Shown in pieces: positions 7,854 through 19,170 of a stretch of DNA of 38,516 nucleotides. Within the stretch, counting starts at the first letter, position 1. The number at the start of each line of letters is the position of its first letter. Under the pieces are notes generated by a model that had not been told where the DNA came from, made no database searches, and worked only from the letters and a program-made list of their open reading frames with translations. The translations under genes were made by a program, and so were the position numbers. Origin of the DNA: Candidatus Yonathbacteria bacterium (lineage in GTDB: Bacteria; Patescibacteriota; Minisyncoccia; Phycocordibacterales; UBA1550); assembly GCA_016215205.1 (NCBI GenBank), contig JACRKU010000005.1, positions 1-38,516 on the forward strand, written 5' to 3'.

Positions 7854-7924
7854 TTGCGGGGGCCCGAATCGAACGGGCGTCTTCAGGTTATGAGCCTGAT
7901 GAGATACCGCTTCTCTACCCCGCT
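7854..7924 (-). tRNA. Initiator tRNA-fMet(CAT)
   Basis: AGCGGGG/CCCCGCA with a 1:72 mismatch, purine11-pyrimidine24 D-stem GAGA/TCTC, arm TCAGG-CTCATAA-CCTGA. Confidence 0.88.
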
Positions 7925-7939
7925 ATTCTATAGAGGCCA

Positions 7940-7967
7940 ATTTTACCATCTCTATAGGATTTTGCAA
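7940..7967 (-). promoter_or_regulatory. Promoter of the tRNA cluster
   Basis: TTGCAA-16 nt-TAAAAT with a TG extension; CTATAGAG/CTCTATAG inverted repeat flanks the -10. Confidence 0.55.
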
Positions 7968-8023
7968 GAGGTACGGGGCGGGCGAGAAGCGCTCATTCCA
8001 TCTTCCAAATTCTACATTCCACC

Positions 8024-8677
8024 CTAAAGATACCCAAGCTCTTTGAAAGCATTCCCGAATTTTGCGATAGTGTCTCGCGCGAGTTTTTTCGACATGTCCA
8101 TATCAATGGCTCCGCCGTGCGCAATCTGATTGCGCATTTTGTGCGCATCCCAAATATCGTCATAAGAAGCTATCTTCGTGCGACTCATTGTTTTTAATTT
8201 ATCGGCAAGCGTTTCTCCGGCGTATCCTTGGTCTTCGAGTATCTCGTCAAGAATGTTGTCAGCCTCAAGAATTGCGAGTTTCCACTCCGCCGGACTCTCG
8301 GAATTTACATGGTCCAACACAACCTGCCACTGCACGAATTTTTCTTTTGCGGCAATTTCCTCAAGGTGTATTGGTTCATATTTTTCGTGTTCTTTATGAT
8401 GAATTTCTCGTATTTTTAATGTCGCAAAAAAAGTGCCGGCGAGGAAGGCAACTCCCAAAACCGCGAGCGCGCTTTGAATAGAAAGAAAAAAGTTTTTAAT
8501 CGCAAGTATTGGCACTTTGCTCAAAAGGAGAGCTTTCAATGTTTCAGGTGCTTCACCTGAAGCCACTGTCTCAACATTGAGAGGAGTGATGTTGGTGGAT
8601 ACATAAATGATGAGCGCAATTCCAAGAACGATAGCGACATCGCGAATTATTGTGTCTGCTACAGGGTGGTCTTCCAT
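8024..8677 (-). CDS. Hypothetical membrane protein with a helical C-terminal domain
   Basis: Two hydrophobic segments, then WKLAILEADNILD...GETLADKLK...WDAHKMRNQIAH; 3 nt after the gatA stop. Confidence 0.75.
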   Translation of the reverse strand: MEDHPVADTIIRDVAIVLGIALIIYVSTNITPLNVETVASGEAPETLKALLLSKVPILAIKNFFLSIQSALAVLGVAFLAGTFFATLKIREIHHKEHEKYEPIHLEEIAAKEKFVQWQVVLDHVNSESPAEWKLAILEADNILDEILEDQGYAGETLADKLKTMSRTKIASYDDIWDAHKMRNQIAHGGAIDMDMSKKLARDTIAKFGNAFKELGYL

Positions 8678-8680
8678 ATA

Positions 8681-10114
8681 TTAAATACTAACGCCACCGC
8701 GCGCTTTTTCAAAATCCTTGCCCACCGCAAAGAGCGCGTCTTCTCCAAAGTGCGGCGCGATAAATTGAATGCCGAGCGGGAGTTTTGAACCATTCTCTTC
8801 TGCAAAGCCGGAGGGGATTGAAATAGCGGGAACACCGGCAATATTTACCGGCACGGTAAAAATATCAGCGAGATACATTTGTAGCGGGTCATTCGACTTT
8901 TCGCCAATCTTAAATGCCGGTGTTGGCGTGGTGGGTGTTGCAATAATATCCACGCCTTCAAATGCTTTCTCAATATCCCTTTTTAGAGTTTCACGTACGG
9001 CGCATGCGCGACCATAGTACGCATCGTAGTAGCCCGAAGAAAGCACATAAGTACCGAGAAGGATTCTGCGGCGCACCTCGCGCCCAAACCCCTCCCCGCG
9101 CGAACGCATGTAGTCATCAAGAAGATTTACGCCATCTGCATGATAACCGTAACGCACACCATCCAGTCGCGCGAGATTTGAGGACACTTCGGCGGGCATT
9201 AAAATATAGTAAACGGAAAGTCCGTGCGCAAAGGGCGGAAGAGAAATCTCGCGCACTTCATATCCCGATTTTTTCATTTGCTCAAGAGATTCTTCAAAAT
9301 TTTTCAAAACGCGCGGGTCCACCCCTCTTGCCCGCACAAACTCGGTGGGCACACCGATAACTCTGGGCTTTTTGAAATCTTTTTTTGAAAGATTATCTGG
9401 GTATGATGTACTGTCCATCGGATCATGCCCCTTTATGCAATCAAAAATAATTTCTGCATCCTCTACTGTTTTTGCAAAAGGGCCGGCCTGATCAAGTGAG
9501 CTTGCCATCGCAATAAGACCAGAACGCGACACACTGCCGTAAGTGGGTTTAAGTCCGACAACTCCACAAAAAGACGCAGGCTGGCGAATGGACCCGCCGG
9601 TATCGGTGCCAAGTGCCCCGAGAGCCGCCCCTGCCGCAAGCGCTGCCGCCGAGCCGCCTGACGAGCCGCCTGGCACACGCGTTTTATCGTGCGGATTTTT
9701 CGTCACCCCGAAGAAAGACGTTTCCGTTGAGCCACCCATTGCGAACTCGTCCATGTTCGTGCGACCGATAAATATCACTCCGGCTTCGCGGAGTTTTTTT
9801 GTAACAAAAGCATCGTAGGTAGCAACATAATTTTCGAGCATCTTTGATGACGCGCTCGCTGTTCTGCCTTTGATTAAAATGTTGTCTTTCATCGCAAGCG
9901 GAATCCCCGTCATCATTGTCGAACGACCTTCGTCAATCATTTTTTGCGCAACGAACGCCTGCGCGCGCATGTCTGGAAAAATTTCAAGGTATGCGTTGAG
10001 GTCGCGCGAATCCTTTGCAATTTCCAACACTGACTCCGCAAGCTCAAGCACGCTCACTTTTTTTGCAATGAGAAGTTCATGCGCCTCTCTGATGGTGAGA
10101 TTTTTGATGTCCAT
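8681..10114 (-). CDS. gatA: Asp/Glu-tRNA amidotransferase subunit A
   Basis: KDNI, NMDEFAMG, PGGSSGGSAA, GTDTGGSIRQPA, EVSSNLARLDGVRYG, GTYVLSSGYYDAYY. Confidence 0.97.
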   Translation of the reverse strand: MDIKNLTIREAHELLIAKKVSVLELAESVLEIAKDSRDLNAYLEIFPDMRAQAFVAQKMIDEGRSTMMTGIPLAMKDNILIKGRTASASSKMLENYVATYDAFVTKKLREAGVIFIGRTNMDEFAMGGSTETSFFGVTKNPHDKTRVPGGSSGGSAAALAAGAALGALGTDTGGSIRQPASFCGVVGLKPTYGSVSRSGLIAMASSLDQAGPFAKTVEDAEIIFDCIKGHDPMDSTSYPDNLSKKDFKKPRVIGVPTEFVRARGVDPRVLKNFEESLEQMKKSGYEVREISLPPFAHGLSVYYILMPAEVSSNLARLDGVRYGYHADGVNLLDDYMRSRGEGFGREVRRRILLGTYVLSSGYYDAYYGRACAVRETLKRDIEKAFEGVDIIATPTTPTPAFKIGEKSNDPLQMYLADIFTVPVNIAGVPAISIPSGFAEENGSKLPLGIQFIAPHFGEDALFAVGKDFEKARGGVSI

Positions 10115-10115
10115 A

Positions 10116-10406
10116 TTAGAGAATCTTTTTTACAGACACACGATCGCCTTCGCGCGCCGGAGCCTGTTTCAAAATATCCTCGGTGAATATTCCAGACTCG
10201 TGTGGCTCGCTGTCTTCACGCATTACATTATATAGTTCCCCCTGTTCCCCGCGTTCTTTCCGTCCACCCTGTCCCGCTTCCTTTATCTCCGACACATACG
10301 CCAAAATCTCCTCCAAATCGTGCTGAAGTATTTTTTTCTCATCTTCTGAAACAGCAATGCGGGCAAGCCCCGCAAGGTGTTCGACATCCTTTAATCCAAT
10401 CGCCAT
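10116..10406 (-). CDS. gatC: Asp/Glu-tRNA amidotransferase subunit C
   Basis: VEHLAGLARI, NVMRED, ILKQAP; adjacent to gatA. Confidence 0.92.
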   Translation of the reverse strand: MAIGLKDVEHLAGLARIAVSEDEKKILQHDLEEILAYVSEIKEAGQGGRKERGEQGELYNVMREDSEPHESGIFTEDILKQAPAREGDRVSVKKIL

Positions 10407-10434
10407 ATCCGCGAGTATATCACAACTTCAGTCC

Positions 10435-12988
<2,554 letters not shown>

Positions 12989-13004
<16 letters not shown>

Positions 13005-13537
13005 TTAAAAAGATATTCAGTGACAGAGATATTTCCAATATCGCCGCCGGTCCTCCATGTTACCTTTGATGTAACCACGCGTTCATCTGTCCCAATGCTC
13101 GTTATGGTGACTATGCGCCCAAATGGTGTTGCGGTCAATACCGTACTTTGTTGATAAAATCCTTGCGCATCAAGATACACTGGCTGAACCGCGCATGTTA
13201 GACCACAAAAAGCAACTGACGTTGCGGAATTTGCATTAACAACATAATCCCCCGCGCCAAGTCCTGTGTCCCAAGCTGTCGCGGTAAGCATATTGCTGTC
13301 TCTCACTTGGCGGACCGCCTCTATCCCCTCCTCTGCGAGATTAATTGCCACCATCTCGTCTTTTGCATAGTAGAGTTTGTGGAGAGCGTCGCCGATGAGC
13401 GAAATAGGTCCAACAACTGCAACGAGCAATATTGAAATAGCAACAAGCGTCTCGACAAGAGTGAACCCGCCAGAATTTTTATGCGAAGAACTCAATCTGG
13501 CAGAATAATTATTTCTGAGAATATTTTTAGTTGTCAT
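12989..13537 (-). CDS. Minor pilin, PilV-like
   Basis: GG|FTLVETLVAI; AINLAEEGIEAVRQVRD. Confidence 0.85.
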
Positions 13538-14078
13538 ATGCGCGTTGTGTTATCAAAGTCTCTATTTTAAGAGTGGAGCTTGCCGTCCCGACGCCAAGAG
13601 AACCATCAATCGCAACGACAACTTTGGGCTGTTCTGTGTTTCCGGATGAAAAAAGAGCGCTTCCGGAAACAATAAATCTGAGTCCCGTGATGTTAACCTC
13701 GGGAGAAGTCACCTGAACTGACGGGTCAGACCCGATTGTGCGCCAAATAGCATTATTGACTAATGTATAATTCGTTCTAAGTGTGTCTTGCCCGGTGAAA
13801 AACAGGGTGTCACCACCGGACGAACAATCCCCAACACCAAGCGTATCGACGCTCCCGCAATAGTATGTTGACCCTGTTTTGATACGACGCGACATGTCTT
13901 CAAGCGCAATGTTGAGATTGTCGGTAGCAACACGTACGGCGCGCGACTTACGATCAGTATTCACAACAGAAAGAAACGCGCTCGTTGCGACAAATATTAT
14001 GATGGTAAAGAGACCGAGTGATACGGTCATTTCAATGAGAGTAAATCCGCGCGAGTTTTTTGAAAAAATATTATGCAT
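13527..14078 (-). CDS. Minor pilin, PilW/GspJ-like
   Basis: RG|FTLIEMTVSLGLF; ALEDMSRRIK. Confidence 0.85.
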   Translation of the reverse strand: MHNIFSKNSRGFTLIEMTVSLGLFTIIIFVATSAFLSVVNTDRKSRAVRVATDNLNIALEDMSRRIKTGSTYYCGSVDTLGVGDCSSGGDTLFFTGQDTLRTNYTLVNNAIWRTIGSDPSVQVTSPEVNITGLRFIVSGSALFSSGNTEQPKVVVAIDGSLGVGTASSTLKIETLITQRAYDN

Positions 14079-14079
14079 A

Positions 14080-14682
14080 TTATTGAAGAGAGATTTGCCC
14101 CGCCTTCGTGATTTTCACGATTGTAATCTTTCCCGTATTCGCATCTTGCAATGCAACTGACAGCGTGCCATAAGAGGTAAGCTGACCCGCGCTGTTCGCG
14201 ATAAAAGCATCCGGGCTCGGGCGCTTAAACGTAACATTTGCAAGGCTTGGGGTACAGACCGACATGTCGCACGAAAGCCCTAGTATGGAAATTGAATTCT
14301 GCCATTGAATAGTCTCCACGAGAGAGTCGTCTGTCGCTGTATAAACTCGGTCACCATTGGCGTCCGCGAAAATAATGATGCTGTTCGCGCCCTGCGAGAA
14401 ATAAACTCCATAAGGACAGTCAAACTCCGAAAATCCGCCGCAGATTCCCGTTATGTTTTTTTTCACACCCACACCGTATACTTGCGCCTGACGAAGCGCT
14501 AGAACAATATCCTCGGAGGCGTTTGCAAAAAGCGCGTTTGTATTATAACTGCGATAATTAGAAAGAATAATTCCCGTCAAAAGTACAAAAATACCCAGAG
14601 TAACCAAGAGTTCAACAAGAGTAAACCCGCGCGAAGCTCGAGTGGAAAGTGGAAAGTGGAAAGTGGAAAGTGGCAGATTCAT
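14080..14682 (-). CDS. Minor pilin, FimT/GspH-like
   Basis: RG|FTLVELLV; LRQAQVY, YGVYF, ends ITKAGQI. Confidence 0.85.
   Translation of the reverse strand: MNLPLSTFHFPLSTRASRGFTLVELLVTLGIFVLLTGIILSNYRSYNTNALFANASEDIVLALRQAQVYGVGVKKNITGICGGFSEFDCPYGVYFSQGANSIIIFADANGDRVYTATDDSLVETIQWQNSISILGLSCDMSVCTPSLANVTFKRPSPDAFIANSAGQLTSYGTLSVALQDANTGKITIVKITKAGQISLQ
14641..14673. repeat. Perfect heptamer tandem (AGTGGAA)x4.7 in the pilin leader-peptide region
   Basis: Read directly; encodes PLSTFHFPLST. Confidence 0.9.
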
Positions 14683-15485
14683 AGAAATGAAAGAAAATTG
14701 ACTGACCCATCAAAAAAATTTACTCTTGTAAAGTATACAATGAAAACCGCCAAAATAAGAAAGGGACCGAACGGTATTTCACTTTTCATAGAAAGTCCCT
14801 TCTTTGCGTGATAAAAAATTTTTTGCACGCCCATAACAAGGAGCGCGTACGCCGCGCCTATCCAAAACGCGAGCATTATCGCCGAACCTCCAAGTGTCGC
14901 GCCGAGAAACCACCCGATACCAAGAGCAAGCTTGCCATCACCGAGACCGAGCCAACGTCCGCGGGATATAAACCAAAGTGCCCAAAACGGAAAGAACAGC
15001 ATTGGTCCCGCAATAAGCGTCCAAACATAAGGAAAATAAAATGCGCGAGAAACATCGACTGCGAGGAAAAATTTGGCGAGTCCAAGAAGCGCAAAAAGTG
15101 TCACAAGTCCGTCGGGAATAATTTGGTGTCGCAAATCATAAACTGCGATGACAAGAAGCGTCGAAAAAGTAGCGAGAAGGAATGTTGTTTCAAGAATCGG
15201 TTTTCCAAGCAAAAAAACGGCAACAAACATGACACCAGAAAGCGTCTCTATGATAGGATACTGCCATGACAACCGCACTCCGCACGAGGTACATCGCCCG
15301 CGAGAAATGATAAAACTGAAAATTGGAATAAGCTCGCGCCATGATAGTGTTTTTCCGCACGAAAAACACTGAGAACGCCCAGTGAGGGACGATGTTCCGC
15401 TGTTGTAGCGGTAAATGACAACATTCAAAAAACTCCCGATTATCGTACCAAAAATGAAAACGATGATGAGCATTAAAAAATCCAT
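14679..15485 (-). CDS. pilD: Prepilin peptidase
   Basis: GSFLNVVIYR, two CxxC motifs, YDLRHQIIPD, GLGDGKL, IPFGPFL. Confidence 0.95.
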   Translation of the reverse strand: MDFLMLIIVFIFGTIIGSFLNVVIYRYNSGTSSLTGRSQCFSCGKTLSWRELIPIFSFIISRGRCTSCGVRLSWQYPIIETLSGVMFVAVFLLGKPILETTFLLATFSTLLVIAVYDLRHQIIPDGLVTLFALLGLAKFFLAVDVSRAFYFPYVWTLIAGPMLFFPFWALWFISRGRWLGLGDGKLALGIGWFLGATLGGSAIMLAFWIGAAYALLVMGVQKIFYHAKKGLSMKSEIPFGPFLILAVFIVYFTRVNFFDGSVNFLSFL

Positions 15486-15546
15486 ATGTTTATTTTACCC
15501 TAAAACATTTTGTACTCAAAATGTTCGGGTGACCCACTACTGTGGG

Positions 15547-15600
15547 TTTAACCACAAAACAAAAACCCGCCATATGGCGGGTTTTTGTTTTGTGGTTAAA
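15547..15600. terminator. Perfect 54-bp palindrome downstream of the major pilin, strong terminator candidate
   Basis: TTTAACCACAAAACAAAAACCCGCCAT|ATGGCGGGTTTTTGTTTTGTGGTTAAA. Confidence 0.85.
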
Positions 15601-15610
15601 AAATTAATCT

Positions 15611-16024
15611 CTAGCCGCAAATATAGTCGGAACCATCTGCGATTGACGAGGCCGCGGTTGTCGTTGCGGCTCCGGTGCTGTCCACACAATAGAAGCTGGT
15701 AGGCGTAGACTTCAGAGATGCTTGAAGCGCCCAAGCCGTATCTGAATCGGCGCAATTAACGGTTGCGCTTCCGGCATTCGTTGCGCCAGTAATAAACTGC
15801 GCGATGTTGTTCGTCCCTGATGAACATACTGTTGTGTATGTCATTGAATTGTTGTCGTAGAAAAGCTCTGCTTGTGCGCGTGCGTTGGTCACATTTGATT
15901 TGATTGCCGCGTCAGCACCCTTTGCGCGCGCGCTGTTGAGAGATGCCAGAACAACCGATGCGAGGATACCGATGATTGCGATAACAACCAAGAGTTCGAT
16001 AAGTGTAAAACCTTTTGATTTCAT
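15611..16024 (-). CDS. Type IV pilin, probable major subunit
   Basis: MKSKG|FTLIELLVVIAIIGILASVVLASLNSARAK; four Cys; has its own promoter and terminator. Confidence 0.92.
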   Translation of the reverse strand: MKSKGFTLIELLVVIAIIGILASVVLASLNSARAKGADAAIKSNVTNARAQAELFYDNNSMTYTTVCSSGTNNIAQFITGATNAGSATVNCADSDTAWALQASLKSTPTSFYCVDSTGAATTTAASSIADGSDYICG

Positions 16025-16070
16025 AATTTTATAAAACGAATAACTTTAAACTAATAAATCTTTTTTATGA

Positions 16071-16215
16071 GAGAGTGGCATGGCCCGCCTGCCATCGCCC
16101 CAATGCGGTTAAACGGCAAACATAGATTATGGCGCGCCACACAATACCTTATCTCAATCGTAATAATGATTGGCTCTGGCATTGGCGGGCAGGCCATATC
16201 GCCGCCCTCACTCTC
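16071..16215 (-). ncRNA. Candidate structured 5' leader RNA of the major pilin
   Basis: GAGAGTG/CACTCTC closing stem, a 15-bp stem with one mismatch and one G-U, inner hairpins; TGGTAGAAT extended -10 at 16225-16233. Confidence 0.45.
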
Positions 16216-16373
16216 CGCCCATACATTCTACCACTTTTGCTGTTTTTAACGCAATATGATTGTATGGATAACCGAGCACCATCTAATCCTTTTATACGAG
16301 ATTGACAATCCACCCCTCCTCTGCTTAATTGTGGTCTTTCATTTAAAATTGCAGGATGGTGCTCAGCTACACG

Positions 16374-17570
16374 CTATATATTCCCAGCAATTTGGTAAAT
16401 AGGGATAAGCACCGATGCAAGCACTCCGCCCACGCCTATGCCGAGCGCCACAATCATCGCCGGCTCTATCATGGAAATCACCGTATTGATAGCATTCGTA
16501 ACTTCGCGCTGATAAAAAACCGAAAGTTTTTGCAGGATGTTTCCAAGTTCCCCTGTCTCCTCGCCAACTTTAATCATCTGAAGCATCACACTTGGGATCT
16601 CTTTGCGGCCCTCCAGTGTTTTTGAAAGTGGCGAGCCCGCCTTTACCTTTGTCACGGCATCCGTAAGGATGTTTTGGAAAATTTCATTGTCCACCACCTT
16701 TGCGGTAATTTCCAAAGAACGCACCATCGAGATGCCGTTGGAGAGCATCACGAACATATTGTCCGCTACGCGAGAAAGATAGAGCGTGCGATAAAGATTG
16801 CCGATAACAGGAAACCACAACTTTGTATGCGCGAGAAAACTCGTACCGCGAGTAAAACGCCACACGAAGAAAAATACTGTTGCAAGAACCATGGCAACAA
16901 ACATGCCATAATTTACGAGTAAAAAACTCGTCTTGATTACTATCGTCGTATAAAATGGCACATCCTGCCCGCTCTGTGTAATGATTTCGGATAATTTCGG
17001 AATAACGAGAGTGAACATGAGTATCATAACAACAACGAATGTGGAGATGACAAAAGCGGGATAAATGAGCGCGCCTCGCACTTTTGATATGAGCTCATAC
17101 GAGCGTTCAAGATAATCTGCAAGGGCGCCAAAGGTCTCGGCAAGCTTGCCTGACTCTTCCCCGCCGACAACCATATTGACGTAGAAATCTGAAAAAAGTC
17201 TTGGGTGTTTAAAAAGTGCGCCGGAAATTAGAACGCCGTTTTGAATATCATCGGATATTTCTGTGAACTTTTTTGCGATTACGGGATTCTCGGACTCTGA
17301 TGCTACAATACGGAATGTTTTAAGCGCGGGAACATGCGCATCGAGGAGCGTCGCGATTTGCCGTGAAATTATAGAAACTTCTTTTACGGAAACGCGATTA
17401 AATATATTGACATCAAATTCAAAAAAAGGTTTTTTATCCGCAGGCCGCACCAAGACCACCACGAGCCCGCTTCGCTGGAGCGTGTTAATCGCCGAATCCT
17501 GATTTTGAGCCTCAATGTTACCGGAGGTTTCCCTTCCGTCTTTTGTAACTGCCTTATATATAAAGAGCAT
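16374..17570 (-). CDS. pilC: Type IV pilus platform protein (GspF family)
   Basis: GEESGKL, VRGALIYP, GEETGEL, MIEPAMI. Confidence 0.95.
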   Translation of the reverse strand: MLFIYKAVTKDGRETSGNIEAQNQDSAINTLQRSGLVVVLVRPADKKPFFEFDVNIFNRVSVKEVSIISRQIATLLDAHVPALKTFRIVASESENPVIAKKFTEISDDIQNGVLISGALFKHPRLFSDFYVNMVVGGEESGKLAETFGALADYLERSYELISKVRGALIYPAFVISTFVVVMILMFTLVIPKLSEIITQSGQDVPFYTTIVIKTSFLLVNYGMFVAMVLATVFFFVWRFTRGTSFLAHTKLWFPVIGNLYRTLYLSRVADNMFVMLSNGISMVRSLEITAKVVDNEIFQNILTDAVTKVKAGSPLSKTLEGRKEIPSVMLQMIKVGEETGELGNILQKLSVFYQREVTNAINTVISMIEPAMIVALGIGVGGVLASVLIPIYQIAGNI

Positions 17571-17581
17571 TGTAATATAAA

Positions 17582-18658
17582 TTATGCTTGAAGCATCCTC
17601 TCGAGACTTTTTGGATTAAACGAATACAGAAGCGCGTTTTCCGGAGTCACCTCGCCCTTAAGTACGAGTTCGGAAAGACTTCGGTTCATATCAATCATAC
17701 CATCTTTCATTCCTGTCTCGATAACAACATCGACCTCGTGGGTGCGACCCTCGCGAATAAGACTTGATACTGCGGTGTTGTTTATAAGAAGCTCGTACGC
17801 GGGAATAAGCCCGCCCGAAATGCGCGGGACAAGGCGCTGTGAAAAAATGCCGACTAAGCTTCCCGCAAGCTGAACACGAATCTGCGACTGCTGGTCTCCG
17901 GGAAACGAGTCGATGATGCGGTCAATCGTTTGCGAAGCGTTGTTTGTGTGGAGTGTCGAAAGAACGAGGTGTCCTGTTTCCGCGGCGGTCACCGCGGTAG
18001 AGATTGTTTCCGGATCGCGCATCTCCCCGATCATGATCACATCGACATCCTGGCGAAACACAGACTGAAGTCCGGACCTAAAGTCATTTGTATCAATACC
18101 GACCTCGCGCTGGTCAATAATCGCTTTTTGAGAACGGAACAGGTATTCTATGGGGTCCTCAATGGTAACGATGTGCTCCGCGCGGTCGCGGTTGATAACC
18201 TCGATCATTGACGCAAGCGTTGTTGACTTACCCTGCCCCACCGGTCCTACAACGAGAAAAAATCCTTGTTTCTTTCTGGTAAAAATCTCGAGTATCGGCG
18301 GCAAATTGAGCTCCTTGATGGTCTTGACCTGTGTGGGAATCGCGCGGAGGGCGACGCCAACCGCATTTTTCTGGTAAAATGCACTTCCGCGGAAACGACC
18401 TTTACCAAAAAATTCATAAGAGAAATCGAGTTCTCGATTCGCAAGAAATCGCTCTTTGAATGCAGGGGTAACAAGCACTGAAAGCATCCCCATCGTATCC
18501 TCGGGAGTGAGCACCGCGAGATTCATAAGAGGTGTTAAGTTACCAGAAACGCGAAAAGTTGGATAGTGTCCAGCCGACAAATGAATGTCCGATGCGCCAT
18601 CAGAAATAGCGCGCATTATTAAAACTTCAACTTCTTCTTTATAATTGCGACTGGACAT
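17582..18658 (-). CDS. pilT: Pilus retraction ATPase
   Basis: ASDIHL, GPVGQGKSTT, TIEDPIE, GEMRD, AAETGHL, SLIRE (AIRNLIRE-like). Confidence 0.93.
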   Translation of the reverse strand: MSSRNYKEEVEVLIMRAISDGASDIHLSAGHYPTFRVSGNLTPLMNLAVLTPEDTMGMLSVLVTPAFKERFLANRELDFSYEFFGKGRFRGSAFYQKNAVGVALRAIPTQVKTIKELNLPPILEIFTRKKQGFFLVVGPVGQGKSTTLASMIEVINRDRAEHIVTIEDPIEYLFRSQKAIIDQREVGIDTNDFRSGLQSVFRQDVDVIMIGEMRDPETISTAVTAAETGHLVLSTLHTNNASQTIDRIIDSFPGDQQSQIRVQLAGSLVGIFSQRLVPRISGGLIPAYELLINNTAVSSLIREGRTHEVDVVIETGMKDGMIDMNRSLSELVLKGEVTPENALLYSFNPKSLERMLQA

Positions 18659-18678
18659 TGTTTAATTGTTTATTAGAA

Positions 18679-19092
18679 TTAATCTGCTTCCGCGAACGAT
18701 TCTCCGTCATCCAAAACGGTCATTACTTTCTCCATAACCTCGGATGGATTTGCGGACGCTTTTATCACATATCCATTCGCGCCGAGAGCGAGCTCCTTTT
18801 CGGCAAGAAAAGACTGTTCCAAATTTGAAAGCACGATAGCCTTTGCGTTTGGTGCAAGCTTCTCTTTCTTTATGAGCGCGAGGAGCTCAAAGCTGTCCAT
18901 CGCGGGTGGCACCACGTCAAGAAGCATGACATCGGGGATGATTCCTCCTTTCAATTTTCTGAGCGCGTCAACGCTTCCAAACGCTTGAGTCACTTCAAAC
19001 CCCTTCTCTTTAAATTTGAATGTGTACATATCAAGGAGAAATTTGTCATCATTGACGATGAAAATCTTTTTAGATATCTGACTTGATTCCAT
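18679..19092 (-). CDS. Single-domain response regulator receiver
   Basis: IFIVNDD, PDVMLLDV, IVLSN, GANGYVIK. Confidence 0.88.
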   Translation of the reverse strand: MESSQISKKIFIVNDDKFLLDMYTFKFKEKGFEVTQAFGSVDALRKLKGGIIPDVMLLDVVPPAMDSFELLALIKKEKLAPNAKAIVLSNLEQSFLAEKELALGANGYVIKASANPSEVMEKVMTVLDDGESFAEAD

Positions 19093-19170
19093 GACAATTC
19101 TATCATATCATCCGAGAGTTCACAAAGTCAAAAAGTTAGAAACGGACGCAAACACACATCCGCTTTCAAC

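Noticed and set aside
16110-16145. c-di-GMP-I riboswitch (GGCAAAC motif)
   Set aside because: It is on the strand opposite the pilin and lacks the GAAA tetraloop and GACGCAAA elements.
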